Positions 12,182 through 21,529 of a DNA stretch of 48,972 bases are shown piece after piece. Below the pieces are notes generated by a model. That model saw only the letters and a program-made list of their open reading frames with translations. It was not told the DNA's origin and did no database searches. Numbering within the stretch: position 1 is the first letter of the stretch; the number at the start of each line of letters is the position of its first letter. The translations under genes and the position numbers were made by a program. Origin of the DNA: Planctomycetota bacterium (GTDB taxonomy: Bacteria; Planctomycetota; UBA1135; UBA2386); the NCBI GenBank assembly GCA_947501605.1, contig CANMWZ010000032.1, positions 1 through 48,972 on the forward strand. The letters are read 5' to 3'.

Positions 12182-13180
12182 ATGGTGCTCCCCGTGTGCT
12201 TTCTGACCGGCGCCAGCGGCTTCGTTGGTGCCAACCTCGCCCCCATGCTCGCGCAACGGTGGCGCGTGCGCTGCCTCGTCAGGCCGGGGCAGCCACTGCC
12301 ACAGCTCGCTGGGATCGAACATGAACGCGTCGAGGGTTCGCTCGAAGACGACCGCGCGCTTGCACGCGGATCGACAGGCGCCGACATCGTCGTGCACCTT
12401 GCCGCAATCGTCTCCTTTCGCCGTGAAGACCGCCCAGCGATGCAGCGGGTCAACGTCGACGCCACGGCGCGCCTCTGTGCGCTTGCCCGCGAGCACGGCG
12501 TGCGCCGGCTGCTGCACATGTCGACCATCAGCGCCATTGGCTACAGCGATGAGCGGGTCGAACTGGACGAACGCACCCCCTACAACTTTGGCCCACTGCG
12601 CATCGGCTACTGCGACACCAAGTACGCGGCGGAGCAGAAAGTGCTCGCCGAAGTTGCGCGCGGGCTCGATGCAGTCGTGGTCAATCCGCCCTCGATGTAC
12701 GGCGCTGGTGACCGGCGGAAAGCCGGAGGCTCGCTGATGGAAGCGTTGCTGCGGGGAAAAATCTGGATCGCCCCGCCTGGCGGCCTCAACGTCGCCAACG
12801 TTGTCGATGTCTGCCACGGCTGCCTACAGGCACTCGATCGCGGCCGACGCGGCGAGCGCTACATCCTCGGAGGCGAGAACGTGACCGGCCGCGACCTCTT
12901 TGGCCGCATCGCTCGAATCGCCGGCAGTCGCGCACCCCGCCGGTGCCCGCCGCGTTGGCTGCTGCGCGCACTCGCGCGTGCACTTCGCGGCTTCGAAGCG
13001 ATCGCCGGCAGCCACCCGCCGCTGACGAGCGAGGTGCTGGCGCTGGCGCCGAGGTATCTGTGGTACTCGAGCCAAAAGGCGATCGAAGAGCTTGGCTACG
13101 CACCTGGGCCGGTTGACGTCGGCATCGAGGCGGCGCTGCGCGAACTGCGCCTGCAGCTCACCCCACTAGCAGACTGTTGA
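12182..13180 (+). CDS. NAD-dependent epimerase/dehydratase (dihydroflavonol reductase/HpnA-like extended SDR)
   Basis: TGASGFVG, YCDTK catalytic motif and GRRGERYILGGEN. Confidence 0.9.
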   Translation: MVLPVCFLTGASGFVGANLAPMLAQRWRVRCLVRPGQPLPQLAGIEHERVEGSLEDDRALARGSTGADIVVHLAAIVSFRREDRPAMQRVNVDATARLCALAREHGVRRLLHMSTISAIGYSDERVELDERTPYNFGPLRIGYCDTKYAAEQKVLAEVARGLDAVVVNPPSMYGAGDRRKAGGSLMEALLRGKIWIAPPGGLNVANVVDVCHGCLQALDRGRRGERYILGGENVTGRDLFGRIARIAGSRAPRRCPPRWLLRALARALRGFEAIAGSHPPLTSEVLALAPRYLWYSSQKAIEELGYAPGPVDVGIEAALRELRLQLTPLADC

Positions 13181-13489
13181 AGCACGGCTCCGTCGCCGAG
13201 GGCTCGGGAGCTAGTTCGAGATCAAGGCCCGCGAGCGGGGTCAAATCTGCAGATGCGACGCAGTTCGTGCGACGCAGACATCGGACCAGCTCCCGCGCCC
13301 GCAATGCAGGCAGCAGTCGACGAGGCCCGCAGCAGCCGCGGCGCCGGTGGGACACGATGTCTTGCGACACCGCATTTTCCGAACCCAGACCGTCACCGAG
13401 CGCGCACTCCTGGCATTGAACATGCCGGGTCCGGCGCCGTTGATTGGCGACGGCGCCGAGGCCCGCGACCTCGAAGAAGGAGAGTCCTC

Positions 13490-13918
13490 ATGCGCTGCTT
13501 CTCGTTCCTTGTTTTCGTCCTCGCATCGCTGCTCGGCAGCCACGCCATCGCCCAGGGTGGTTGCGAACACACCAAGGCTGTGGAGGTGCCGGCGAGCAGC
13601 TCGCTGGGCCCGGCGCGCGAGTGCGACGCCGGACTCGACATCCACATCGGCACCGCCCAGATCTTGGGTCGACGCCACAACTGCCCGCTGTTCGCGGTCT
13701 ACACGCCAACGCACCACAAGGCTGTCAGCACCGCGGACAACACGTACGCGTTCGACTACGGCAGCACCGCCGAAGTCCTGGTTTGGCTCGACTGCACGTC
13801 GCACTCCTTCCTGTTCTTCAAGCTCGACAGCACGTGCGACGTCACCGGGACGGTCAACACCTCGACGCTGAAGCTGATGAAAACCAAGGGATGCGTCGAG
13901 TCGAGCGTGATCTTCTGA
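13490..13918 (+). CDS. Small secreted Cys-rich protein
   Basis: AAGGAG RBS, signal peptide ending AIA-Q and six Cys in the mature part. Confidence 0.8.
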   Translation: MRCFSFLVFVLASLLGSHAIAQGGCEHTKAVEVPASSSLGPARECDAGLDIHIGTAQILGRRHNCPLFAVYTPTHHKAVSTADNTYAFDYGSTAEVLVWLDCTSHSFLFFKLDSTCDVTGTVNTSTLKLMKTKGCVESSVIF

Positions 13919-13950
13919 TCGAACCACCGAGCGCCGAACCGGACCAAGTC

Positions 13951-15525
13951 ATGCAACATCTCGATCCTGCTGGCGGCGCGCCGATGGTGGCACGCCGCGT
14001 CCTTGGTTGTTCGCTGCTGTTGCTGCTCGCGGCAACAGCAGCGGCGCTCCTGATTGTCGGCAACGACGCCAGCACGGGGGCGCACGTTGCGACCGCGGTC
14101 GGTCGCGCTGCAGACCTGCCTGCGATGCTGGCACCCAGTGGCGACGCGGCATCATCGCCGCTCGATGCCACGATTCGGCGCGAGGTCATTACCAATGGTG
14201 ACGCCCCACCGCGGACGTTCGCGCAGTTCGTCGACGCCCTCGTCGACCTCGGCCTCGAAACCGCGCGCCTCGCCGATGCCGGACAGCAGGACGACGCCAT
14301 CGCCAGCGACCACGAAGCCCGCGAACTGTTCAGGGCCATGTTGGCAGCGGTTGCCGACGCCGATGCGATGGCGCTGGCGGCAATGGCGGATCTGCCGTTC
14401 GACGATAGACCGCTCGCAACTGCCATGCTGCGGAGCGGCGCCGACGCGTCGGCCACTACAGCAGCACCCATCGTGGCACCCATGCAATCGCGCTTGCTGC
14501 GCGAGAACGTGTTGATGCTCACGCTCTCCTGTGGCCTTTCACGTCGGCACGAGCACATCGTCGATGGCCGACCTGATTCTGCGGCGCTGACTGCCGGTGC
14601 GTTGGCGACGCTGCAAGCGCTCCCGCATCTCGCCGAGCGACTTGGCGACGAGCTGCTGGTGGACCAGCCCTATCTCGGAGAGTCGCACGAACCCCAAGTG
14701 CTCGACATCGTGGCGCGCAGCAGCGACGGGACGTTCCCCGCCGCAACCAGCACTGCACTGCTGTCGACCCTATGGACCAACCTGCAGCACAGCGGAGCAC
14801 GTTCGTCCGAGCACCTCGCTGGGCTTGCACTCCTCTTGCTGGACGACGGCAACGCCAGTGAGCGCATGGCTGCGGCACGCCTGCTGATCCTGGACGAACG
14901 CTACCGAGAGGTCGTGCTCGATCACGTCCGACGAACCAAGCACGAGGGCCTGGCACGAACCCTGGCGATCGCTGCCGCCCAGGAACTGCCGCCGACTGAG
15001 GCGTTCGCGGTGCTGACGACAACCGCAGAGATCACCGGCGCCGACACGGGGTCATTCCTGACCTTGGCAGTCCGCGCACCAGGATTGCTGCAACAGGAGT
15101 ACGAGCAACGCCTCGGCAGTGACGTCAGTCCGATGCTGCGCGCGGCACTTGTCACTGGTGCCGGCTTCACACGGTCCCCCGAAGGCATCGAAGTTGCCAA
15201 ACTCGCGTTTGCGAGCGACCCTGACCCCGAAGTCCGAATGCGCGCCTTGTTTGTGCTAACCGGGACGGCCGCCGAGGCTCTCGGAGAGACCGCGATCGGC
15301 CAAGCTCTAGACGACCCCGCAATCGGCGGCGACCCCGAACGACTGGGCGCGGTCGTGTTGGCGCTCGAGAACTTGGCGCGCGCCGGCCTAGTCAATGCCG
15401 TGCATCGCCTCGGCGCGAGGCTGCGGGCGACTCCCGGACTTGCGGAGTCGACGCGCGAAGTGCTCGAGCGGCTCCTAGCCCAGACGCTCCCTGGCGGCGC
15501 CGCCCCAGTGCCGACTGGACACTAG
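13951..15525 (+). CDS. Membrane-anchored helical (HEAT-repeat-like) protein
   Basis: N-terminal hydrophobic anchor and HEAT-like motifs (DPDPEVRMRALFVL, DGNASERMAAARLL). Start may instead be 13984. Confidence 0.7.
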   Translation: MQHLDPAGGAPMVARRVLGCSLLLLLAATAAALLIVGNDASTGAHVATAVGRAADLPAMLAPSGDAASSPLDATIRREVITNGDAPPRTFAQFVDALVDLGLETARLADAGQQDDAIASDHEARELFRAMLAAVADADAMALAAMADLPFDDRPLATAMLRSGADASATTAAPIVAPMQSRLLRENVLMLTLSCGLSRRHEHIVDGRPDSAALTAGALATLQALPHLAERLGDELLVDQPYLGESHEPQVLDIVARSSDGTFPAATSTALLSTLWTNLQHSGARSSEHLAGLALLLLDDGNASERMAAARLLILDERYREVVLDHVRRTKHEGLARTLAIAAAQELPPTEAFAVLTTTAEITGADTGSFLTLAVRAPGLLQQEYEQRLGSDVSPMLRAALVTGAGFTRSPEGIEVAKLAFASDPDPEVRMRALFVLTGTAAEALGETAIGQALDDPAIGGDPERLGAVVLALENLARAGLVNAVHRLGARLRATPGLAESTREVLERLLAQTLPGGAAPVPTGH

Positions 15526-15544
15526 CTACCTGTGGCCCAGCAGT

Positions 15545-15648
15545 GCTGCAGGCAACTCGGGCTGCGGGCAACTCGGGCTGCGGGCAACTCGGGCTGCGGG
15601 CAACTCGGGCTGCGGGCAACTCGAAACTCGGGCCGCCAGCAACTCGGG
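15545..15648. repeat. 16-bp tandem repeat (GCTGCGGGCAACTCGG), about 5 copies plus a degenerate tail
   Basis: Units begin at 15545, 15561, 15577, 15593 and 15609, with further AACTCGGG remnants to about 15648. Confidence 0.92.
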
Positions 15649-15779
15649 GCGCTACCGAAGCCGTGTGGTATGGCAGCGCTCTGCCGCGGGCTAGCTCCGC
15701 AGGCCTCTGACTCAGCCGGGGCGGAGCCCCGACCGACAACCGATCCCGGGCTGGCGAATAGCGCCAACCCGACGGCGAC

Positions 15780-15944
15780 TCACTTCTTCTTCTCGATGTG
15801 CTTCGTGTGCTTGCGAAGCCGCTTGCTGTACTTCATCAGCTCGAGCTTGGTGGTGCCCGGCTTCTTCATCAGGGTGTAGTTGCGATCGCCAGTTTCCTCA
15901 CAGACGAGGAACACAATTTCTTTCTTCTTCTTGGGCTTGGCCAT
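15780..15944 (-). CDS. rpmG: 50S ribosomal protein L33
   Basis: MAKPKKKKEIVFLVCEETGDRNYTLMKK...KLELMKYSKRLRKHTKHIEKKK. Confidence 0.95.
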   Translation of the reverse strand: MAKPKKKKEIVFLVCEETGDRNYTLMKKPGTTKLELMKYSKRLRKHTKHIEKKK

Positions 15945-16334
15945 GGCTCTGCTCGGAAGTTGGGCCGGGCAAGGTAACGAGCCGCTGCCGCCGCGCAAGG
16001 CCGGACTATCGACATCTGGAGCAGAGTTGGCGATCGCCGCGGCGAGCCGATGGCGTTTGCAGCCACCGCCCGCAGCATCCCCGGTCGGCCGCAAGTCGTT
16101 GGCAGCAGCGAAGTCCAGCCAGCTGCGATCGGGGCACTTGCCCGGCTTTGGCGTCCGTTCTGGCCTGCACGCACGATCGGGTCATGGAGGCAGAAGGCCA
16201 GCACGCGACGCAGAGCGGAAGCTGCGGAGTGCGCCGAGAAGGCGCGACACGGCCCCGTGGCGCCAGGGCTGGCAGCCGCCGCGGACACCTACGGAAGCGG
16301 CTTCCAGCGCGTTGACTCCGCAGTTCGCACTACA

Positions 16335-16452
16335 AGCCGGCGAGTCCTGAGCATCGTGAACAAGACGCCCTGACGCCAGGCGGTGTCAGCTGGCAGGTTT
16401 CGGTGGCCACGTTGAAGATCGTCAACGCGGCCCACGGCGGGCAGGGCCGGCT
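16335..16452 (+). ncRNA. Candidate structured RNA (closing stem plus two internal hairpins), family unassigned
   Basis: AGCCGGC/GCCGGCT closing stem with TCCTG/CAGGG and TCGTG/CACGG, plus hairpins at 16370-16389 and 16405-16432. Confidence 0.4.
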
Positions 16453-16480
16453 ACGTGCCGTGCGAAGTTGGGAGTCCCCA

Positions 16481-17623
16481 CTAGTAGTCGAACACCAGCA
16501 CAGGCATCAGCCCGAGATCAGGCCCCCACGGCGAGGTGGTCGCAGCACCCGGGAAGAACACGGAGCTGCACTTGTTACCCACGCCCGAAGAATCGAGTTG
16601 CAGCACCACTCCATTGCTGAGCGACAGCGGCAGGAGCCCCGGCCGAGCCGGATCGAGGAAGGCCGCCTGCACGCCGATTCGGGGGGCACTCGGCGGAAGC
16701 GTCGCTGGCAAGGCAAAGGTCACGTCGAACCCGCCAGCCGCATCGGCGAGCCCAAACAAGGTGAGGTCGAGCGGTGACCACTGAAAACACCCAGCCAATG
16801 CCGGGTCGACGCCGCCGAGATCCGCGCCGAAGCCAAAGAACTCTGGGTCAAGCAGGCGCGTCTGTGGCGCAACCCCAACCCAAGCAAGCAGCAGGGAGCC
16901 TGGTCCATTGGGAGCCGCGGCGGGAGCCCCGGTCACCCGCAATCGCGCAGCGACCCCGCGCGTCGGTGCACTGGTCCCCGTCCAGCTGAGGTGCAGTGGT
17001 CCCGGCGCTGTCGTGCAGGCACCATCGCCGACCGTTACGGCGTAGCCGCGGTCGATGCCGCCATCCATCCACACAGCATCCACCCACTGCTCGGTCACGG
17101 CCAACGGCGCCGTCGTGGTTTCGAACTCGAGGCACAGCGTGCCGGCCTGCATCGGCAACGGCGTGGTAAACGGGATAACCAAGAACTCGGCGCCCGTTGG
17201 CGGCGCACCAGTAGGCAAGGTCGTCGCCGCCACTGCGAACGGAACCGGACCCGCTACGGTGATCGCCGTCAAAGGCAAGTTGAAGGCTCGCAGATTCCCC
17301 ATCGACTGTGGCAGCAGCCCAGTGAACCCCGCGCGCACCGTGATCGTCCGTTGCACTGCAGGGTAGGCCGGCTCGGCCAAGAACGAGGGCCGCCGCATGC
17401 GGATGCCCTGGATGGTCGACCCAAGCAACGCCGCAGGGAGCAGTGGCGGCGCGATCCACACTTGCAGCACGCCTTGGCTCCAGCGGAGGGGCATGGACAT
17501 CGCGGCATTCCCCGGGAGGTCCGTTGCGATCGCGGGCACCACGATTCGACTCTGGGCCGGCAGCGACACCGCGGCGACGACCGAACTGACGACGAGCACT
17601 GCGAAACGCAACTTGGGGCGCAT
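16481..17623 (-). CDS. Secreted protein resembling 2724-4805 (shared N- and C-terminal segments)
   Basis: Signal peptide MRPKLRFAVLVVSSVVAAVSLPA-Q and a VQAAFLD...LSNGVVL motif. Confidence 0.85.
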   Translation of the reverse strand: MRPKLRFAVLVVSSVVAAVSLPAQSRIVVPAIATDLPGNAAMSMPLRWSQGVLQVWIAPPLLPAALLGSTIQGIRMRRPSFLAEPAYPAVQRTITVRAGFTGLLPQSMGNLRAFNLPLTAITVAGPVPFAVAATTLPTGAPPTGAEFLVIPFTTPLPMQAGTLCLEFETTTAPLAVTEQWVDAVWMDGGIDRGYAVTVGDGACTTAPGPLHLSWTGTSAPTRGVAARLRVTGAPAAAPNGPGSLLLAWVGVAPQTRLLDPEFFGFGADLGGVDPALAGCFQWSPLDLTLFGLADAAGGFDVTFALPATLPPSAPRIGVQAAFLDPARPGLLPLSLSNGVVLQLDSSGVGNKCSSVFFPGAATTSPWGPDLGLMPVLVFDY

Positions 17624-17729
17624 GGAAACCTCGATGCAGAAGTTCCGATGTCATCGGCAGGATCGGCACTGCGACCCAAGCCGGCGGCAGACTTCGCGAA
17701 CACGGCGCGACCACGCACCAGCGCCCGCG

Positions 17730-17769
17730 AAAAAAAGACGGGGCCCGGCCCTCCCACAGGCCGGGCCCC
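17730..17769 (-). terminator. Intrinsic terminator
   Basis: 11-bp stem GGGGCCCGGCC/GGCCGGGCCCC followed by GTC and T7 on the minus strand. Confidence 0.85.
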
Positions 17770-17815
17770 AGAGGGGTCGTCCACGTAACTTGACTCCCTA
17801 CCTCCCTGTCCCACC
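17730..17815 (-). ncRNA. Candidate GGA-rich small RNA (CsrB/RsmZ-like) or attenuated leader
   Basis: About 85 nt between a promoter-like site and a terminator, with five GGA motifs. Confidence 0.45.
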
Positions 17816-17819
17816 GGTG

Positions 17820-17848
17820 GTATCGGCAAGACGGCCTAGGCCCCTTGA
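17820..17848 (-). promoter_or_regulatory. Sigma28-like promoter candidate (TCAAG-N16-GCCGATAC)
   Basis: Close match to FliA/SigD-type -35 and -10 boxes. Confidence 0.6.
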
Positions 17849-17899
17849 GCGCTACTTCAAGAACGGCCGCCGCACTCGCGCGCGTAGCATGCGCGCCCC

Positions 17900-18673
17900 G
17901 TGACCACACCAGCACCCGTAGCCATCGTCACCGGCAGTAGCCGCGGCATCGGCCTCAGCATCGCTCGCGCACTCGGCAGAAACGGCCATCGCATTGTGCT
18001 GGTGGCGCGCGATGCAACTTCGCTCGCAAGCGCACAACAGCACCTGGCGCAGAGTGGCATCGCGAGCGCCACTTGCGCGGTCGACCTGCGCGTCGATGGC
18101 GCCGCTGAGCTCGTTCTCGCGGCCGCGCAGGCCGCCTTTGGCGATCCTGATGTCCTCGTCAACAATGCTGGCACCGCGCCAACAGCGAAGTTCGAAGCGA
18201 CCACTGACGCGATGCTCGACGAGACCTTGGCGCTGCACGTGCACGCACCGCTAGCGCTGATCCGCGCCGTACTCCCTGGCATGAGACAGCGCGACCGTGG
18301 CTGCATCGTGCAACTCGCCTCGACGGCTGGCCTGCGTGCGTTCCCGTTCACCGCGGCCTACACCGCCGCCAAGCACGCGATGGTCGGGTTGACGCGTGCG
18401 CTTGCGACCGAATTGCTACGCACCAACATCCGCACCTTCGCCGTGTGCCCAGGCTTCGTCGATACCGACATCACGAGACAGGCTGCGAGAGGCATCGCCG
18501 CGCGCGGCAAGATCACGGCCGAGCAGGCGCTACAACGGATGGGCGAGCAAAACGAGATCCGCCGCATGCACTCGGTGGACGAAGTCGCCGCCGCCGTCGC
18601 GATGCTCGTCGCTGCGCGCCCCACCGGCTGCACGTACGTGCTGGATCGCGAGCCGCCCGCGTTCATCGACTGA
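17900..18673 (+). CDS. Short-chain dehydrogenase/reductase
   Basis: TGSSRGIG, NNAG, YTAAK and CPGFVDT. Confidence 0.93.
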   Translation: MTTPAPVAIVTGSSRGIGLSIARALGRNGHRIVLVARDATSLASAQQHLAQSGIASATCAVDLRVDGAAELVLAAAQAAFGDPDVLVNNAGTAPTAKFEATTDAMLDETLALHVHAPLALIRAVLPGMRQRDRGCIVQLASTAGLRAFPFTAAYTAAKHAMVGLTRALATELLRTNIRTFAVCPGFVDTDITRQAARGIAARGKITAEQALQRMGEQNEIRRMHSVDEVAAAVAMLVAARPTGCTYVLDREPPAFID

Positions 18674-18738
18674 GGCAACTGGCAGGGCGGCAGGGCGCCC
18701 TCGCTTGCTAGGATGCGTCACTCCCCGCCGACCCCCCC

Positions 18739-19536
18739 ATGAGCCAATACGACTTTCGCTTCGAGCGTGGCAGCGACGGCGTCGCGGTGCTGACCTTTGA
18801 TCGGCCCGAGACGCTGAACTCGCTGACCTTCAAGATCTATGCACAGCTCGAGCGGCTGTTCCTCGAGCTCGACGACGACGACTCGGTGAAGTCCGTGTTG
18901 CTCACCGGCCATGGCCGCGGCTTCTGCAGCGGCGGTAGCGTCGACGAGATCATCGCCCCCCTGCTCGAGTCCCGGCTCGACGAGACTCTGGCGTTCACGC
19001 GCATGACGGGTGCCGTCGTGCGCAACATGTGCAAGTTGCAGAAGCCGATCGTCGCTGCGATCAACGGCATTGCCGCCGGCGCCGGTGCAGTGTTGGCCCT
19101 CGCCAGCGACCTGCGCGTGATGGCCGACACCGCCAAGTTCGCCTTCCTGTTCACCAAGGTGGGTCTGACCGGTGCCGACATGGGTGCGGCGTGGCTGCTG
19201 CCTCGCGTAGTGGGCACAGGACGCGCAATGGAGTTGCTGATGCTCGGCGACAAGATCACCGCGGCCGAGGCCCTTCGCATCGGCCTCGCCAACCGCGTGG
19301 TGCCGTTCGACCAAGTCGTCACGGAAGGCCTGCAACTCGCGCGCAGACTCGCCGAGGGGCCGCTGCTCGCACTGGGCATGACCAAGAAAATGGTCTACCA
19401 AGAATGGTCGATGGACTTCGAAGCCGCGATCGAGCAAGAGGCACAGGCGCAGGCTCTGCTGCTGCGCGCTCACGACCATCTCGAGTTCTACCGGGCCTGG
19501 ACGGAGAAGCGCGACCCGCGCTTCCAGGGCCGATGA
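18739..19536 (+). CDS. Enoyl-CoA hydratase/isomerase family protein
   Basis: FCSGGSV, AAINGIAAGAG and FTKVGLTGADMG. Confidence 0.93.
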   Translation: MSQYDFRFERGSDGVAVLTFDRPETLNSLTFKIYAQLERLFLELDDDDSVKSVLLTGHGRGFCSGGSVDEIIAPLLESRLDETLAFTRMTGAVVRNMCKLQKPIVAAINGIAAGAGAVLALASDLRVMADTAKFAFLFTKVGLTGADMGAAWLLPRVVGTGRAMELLMLGDKITAAEALRIGLANRVVPFDQVVTEGLQLARRLAEGPLLALGMTKKMVYQEWSMDFEAAIEQEAQAQALLLRAHDHLEFYRAWTEKRDPRFQGR

Positions 19537-20714
19537 GCGCCGCGTCGAGCCAACTCTGGCTGCCGGACTCGGACCTCGCGGCTGAGGAAGCCGCGTTTGC
19601 GCAGCGCATCCGTGCGTTCGCCCACGAGAAGCTCGCGCCACATGCGCGCGCCATCGACGAGCAGCGCTTGTTCCGCCGCGAGATGGTCACCGACCTCGGC
19701 AAGGCCGGCATCCTCGGCGGCCCGCTGCCGGCGAGCATCGGCGGTGGCAACTGGACCCCGATGCAGCTCGCGATCGCTCACGAGGAACTCGGCGCCGTAT
19801 GCGGCAACGCGCGCGGTTTCTGCGCCGTGCAAACCGGGCTCGTCACACAGTGCCTCCACCGCTTTGGCAACCCGCAACAACAGCAACGCTGGCTGCCAGG
19901 GCTGATGTCGGGAGCCACGATCGGCTGCTTTGCCTTGACCGAGCCCGAGGCCGGCAGCGACGCCGCCTCACTGCGCCTGCGTGCAGAACGCCGCGGCGAC
20001 CGCTTCGTGCTGCACGGCCAAAAGCACTGGATCACCAACGGCGGTGTCGCGGACGTCGCCATCGTCTACGCCACGATCGACCCGGCGCTCTTGAAGCAAG
20101 GCATCACCGCGTTCTTGGTCGAGACCAATCGTCCCGGCTTGCGCCGCGAACCGATGCCAGGCATCGAACTGGGCCACCGAGGCAGCGACCACGCCGCGCT
20201 GACCTTCGACGGCGTTGAAGTCGAATCGAGCGCGATCCTCGGCGAGATCGGCAGCGGCTTCACCGTCGCCATGGGCGGCCTGCATGCAGGTCGCCTCTCG
20301 GTAGCTGCCGGCGCCGTTGGTATCCACCGTGCGGCACTCGCAGCAACCGTCGAGTTCACCACGCAACGCCAGCAGTTCGGCAAGCCACTGGCGTCGTTCC
20401 AGATGGTGCAAGAACGACTCGCCGACATGCTGACCTCGCTGGTGCAGAACCGCGGCCTCGTGCACCGTTGTGCGCGGCGACGGCAGGCCGGCACCGAGAC
20501 CACCGCCGACCTGGCAATGGCCAAGCTTGCGGCGACCGAGGCGGCCGCCGTTGCGTGTGACCAGGCGCTGCAACTGCACGGGGCGCGCGGCTACTCCTCG
20601 GCGCACGTGCCAGAGCGCCTTCTGCGCGACATCCAGGCCTTGCGCATCTACGAAGGCTCGTCGTTGATCCAGAAGACGATGCTGGCGCGCGCCTTGACCG
20701 GGTCGGCGAAGTGA
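19533..20714 (+). CDS. Acyl-CoA dehydrogenase
   Basis: FALTEPEAGSD, GQKHWITNG, RQQFGKPL, QLHGARGY and RIYEGSS; ATGA overlap with the preceding gene. Confidence 0.95.
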   Translation: MSAASSQLWLPDSDLAAEEAAFAQRIRAFAHEKLAPHARAIDEQRLFRREMVTDLGKAGILGGPLPASIGGGNWTPMQLAIAHEELGAVCGNARGFCAVQTGLVTQCLHRFGNPQQQQRWLPGLMSGATIGCFALTEPEAGSDAASLRLRAERRGDRFVLHGQKHWITNGGVADVAIVYATIDPALLKQGITAFLVETNRPGLRREPMPGIELGHRGSDHAALTFDGVEVESSAILGEIGSGFTVAMGGLHAGRLSVAAGAVGIHRAALAATVEFTTQRQQFGKPLASFQMVQERLADMLTSLVQNRGLVHRCARRRQAGTETTADLAMAKLAATEAAAVACDQALQLHGARGYSSAHVPERLLRDIQALRIYEGSSLIQKTMLARALTGSAK

Positions 20715-21030
20715 GAGCGGCGCGGCCGCGAGAACTCCCGTTCCGATCTCGTCGTCGGCCGGCCTGTTCCTGATCGAGAGCTTCGGCAACGACCCGCCGG
20801 CCAACTGGCTGGCGCGCGGGGGCGCGCCGTCGGCCGCGCCGGCTCCGGTCGCCGCACCCAGCACCGCGCCCGCCAGCGCCGATCGCCGGCGCTGCGCACC
20901 ACACGCAACCGACCAGCAGAGTCGGCGCGCGGTGGCGGGATCTTCGTCCTGCCGCTGCGGTCTCGCCACGGTTCCCCCTTGCCAGGGTGTCCACCACGGA
21001 CACCAACCCACGACCCGCAAGGAAACGATC

Positions 21031-21519
21031 ATGAAGACCGCGCTCTCGACCCTCCTGTTCGCCGCAATGACCCTCCCGCTGTGCGCCCAGCGCTACCAGC
21101 CCGCGGCCCTGCCCGTCGGCGACAGCTCGCACCCGAAGGACCACTTGGTCCAGCCGATGACGATCGACACTGCGGTGGCCGAGGAGCCCGTCGCGAGCGC
21201 GCCGCGGCAGTTGGCGCCCTTCGATATCCAGCTCGAAGTGCACCGCAACGAAGCGCTGAAGCTCCAAGTCGCCGTCGGCGACCGCGGCATGCCGTTCGTC
21301 GGTGTGATGCTGGCGTCGCTCTCGGACCAAGTCATCAAGATCGAAGGCCTACCGCCCCTGCTGTTCGTCGACGCCATCGTCGCTTCGGGCGTCGGCATCG
21401 GCACGCTGACCTTCAACATGGGACCGGGCGCGCTGCCCTTCCCCGTGTTCTTGCAAGGTGTCGTGCTGACGGATGAGTGGATCGGCGCCAGCAAGGTGCA
21501 CGAACTGCCGGCGAAGTGA
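21031..21519 (+). CDS. Small secreted protein consisting mostly of the shared C-terminal-type domain
   Basis: AAGGA RBS and signal peptide MKTALSTLLFAAMTLPLCA-Q. Confidence 0.8.
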   Translation: MKTALSTLLFAAMTLPLCAQRYQPAALPVGDSSHPKDHLVQPMTIDTAVAEEPVASAPRQLAPFDIQLEVHRNEALKLQVAVGDRGMPFVGVMLASLSDQVIKIEGLPPLLFVDAIVASGVGIGTLTFNMGPGALPFPVFLQGVVLTDEWIGASKVHELPAK

Positions 21520-21529
21520 ACGCCGGCCG

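Noticed and set aside
15545..15648. CRISPR array
   Set aside because: The repeats are contiguous 16-mers without spacers, and there are no cas genes.
15869..16373. ORFs between rpmG and the secreted protein gene (15880-16350, 16050-16373, 15869-16288)
   Set aside because: Low-complexity Ala/Arg/Pro translations with no convincing RBS or family motif.
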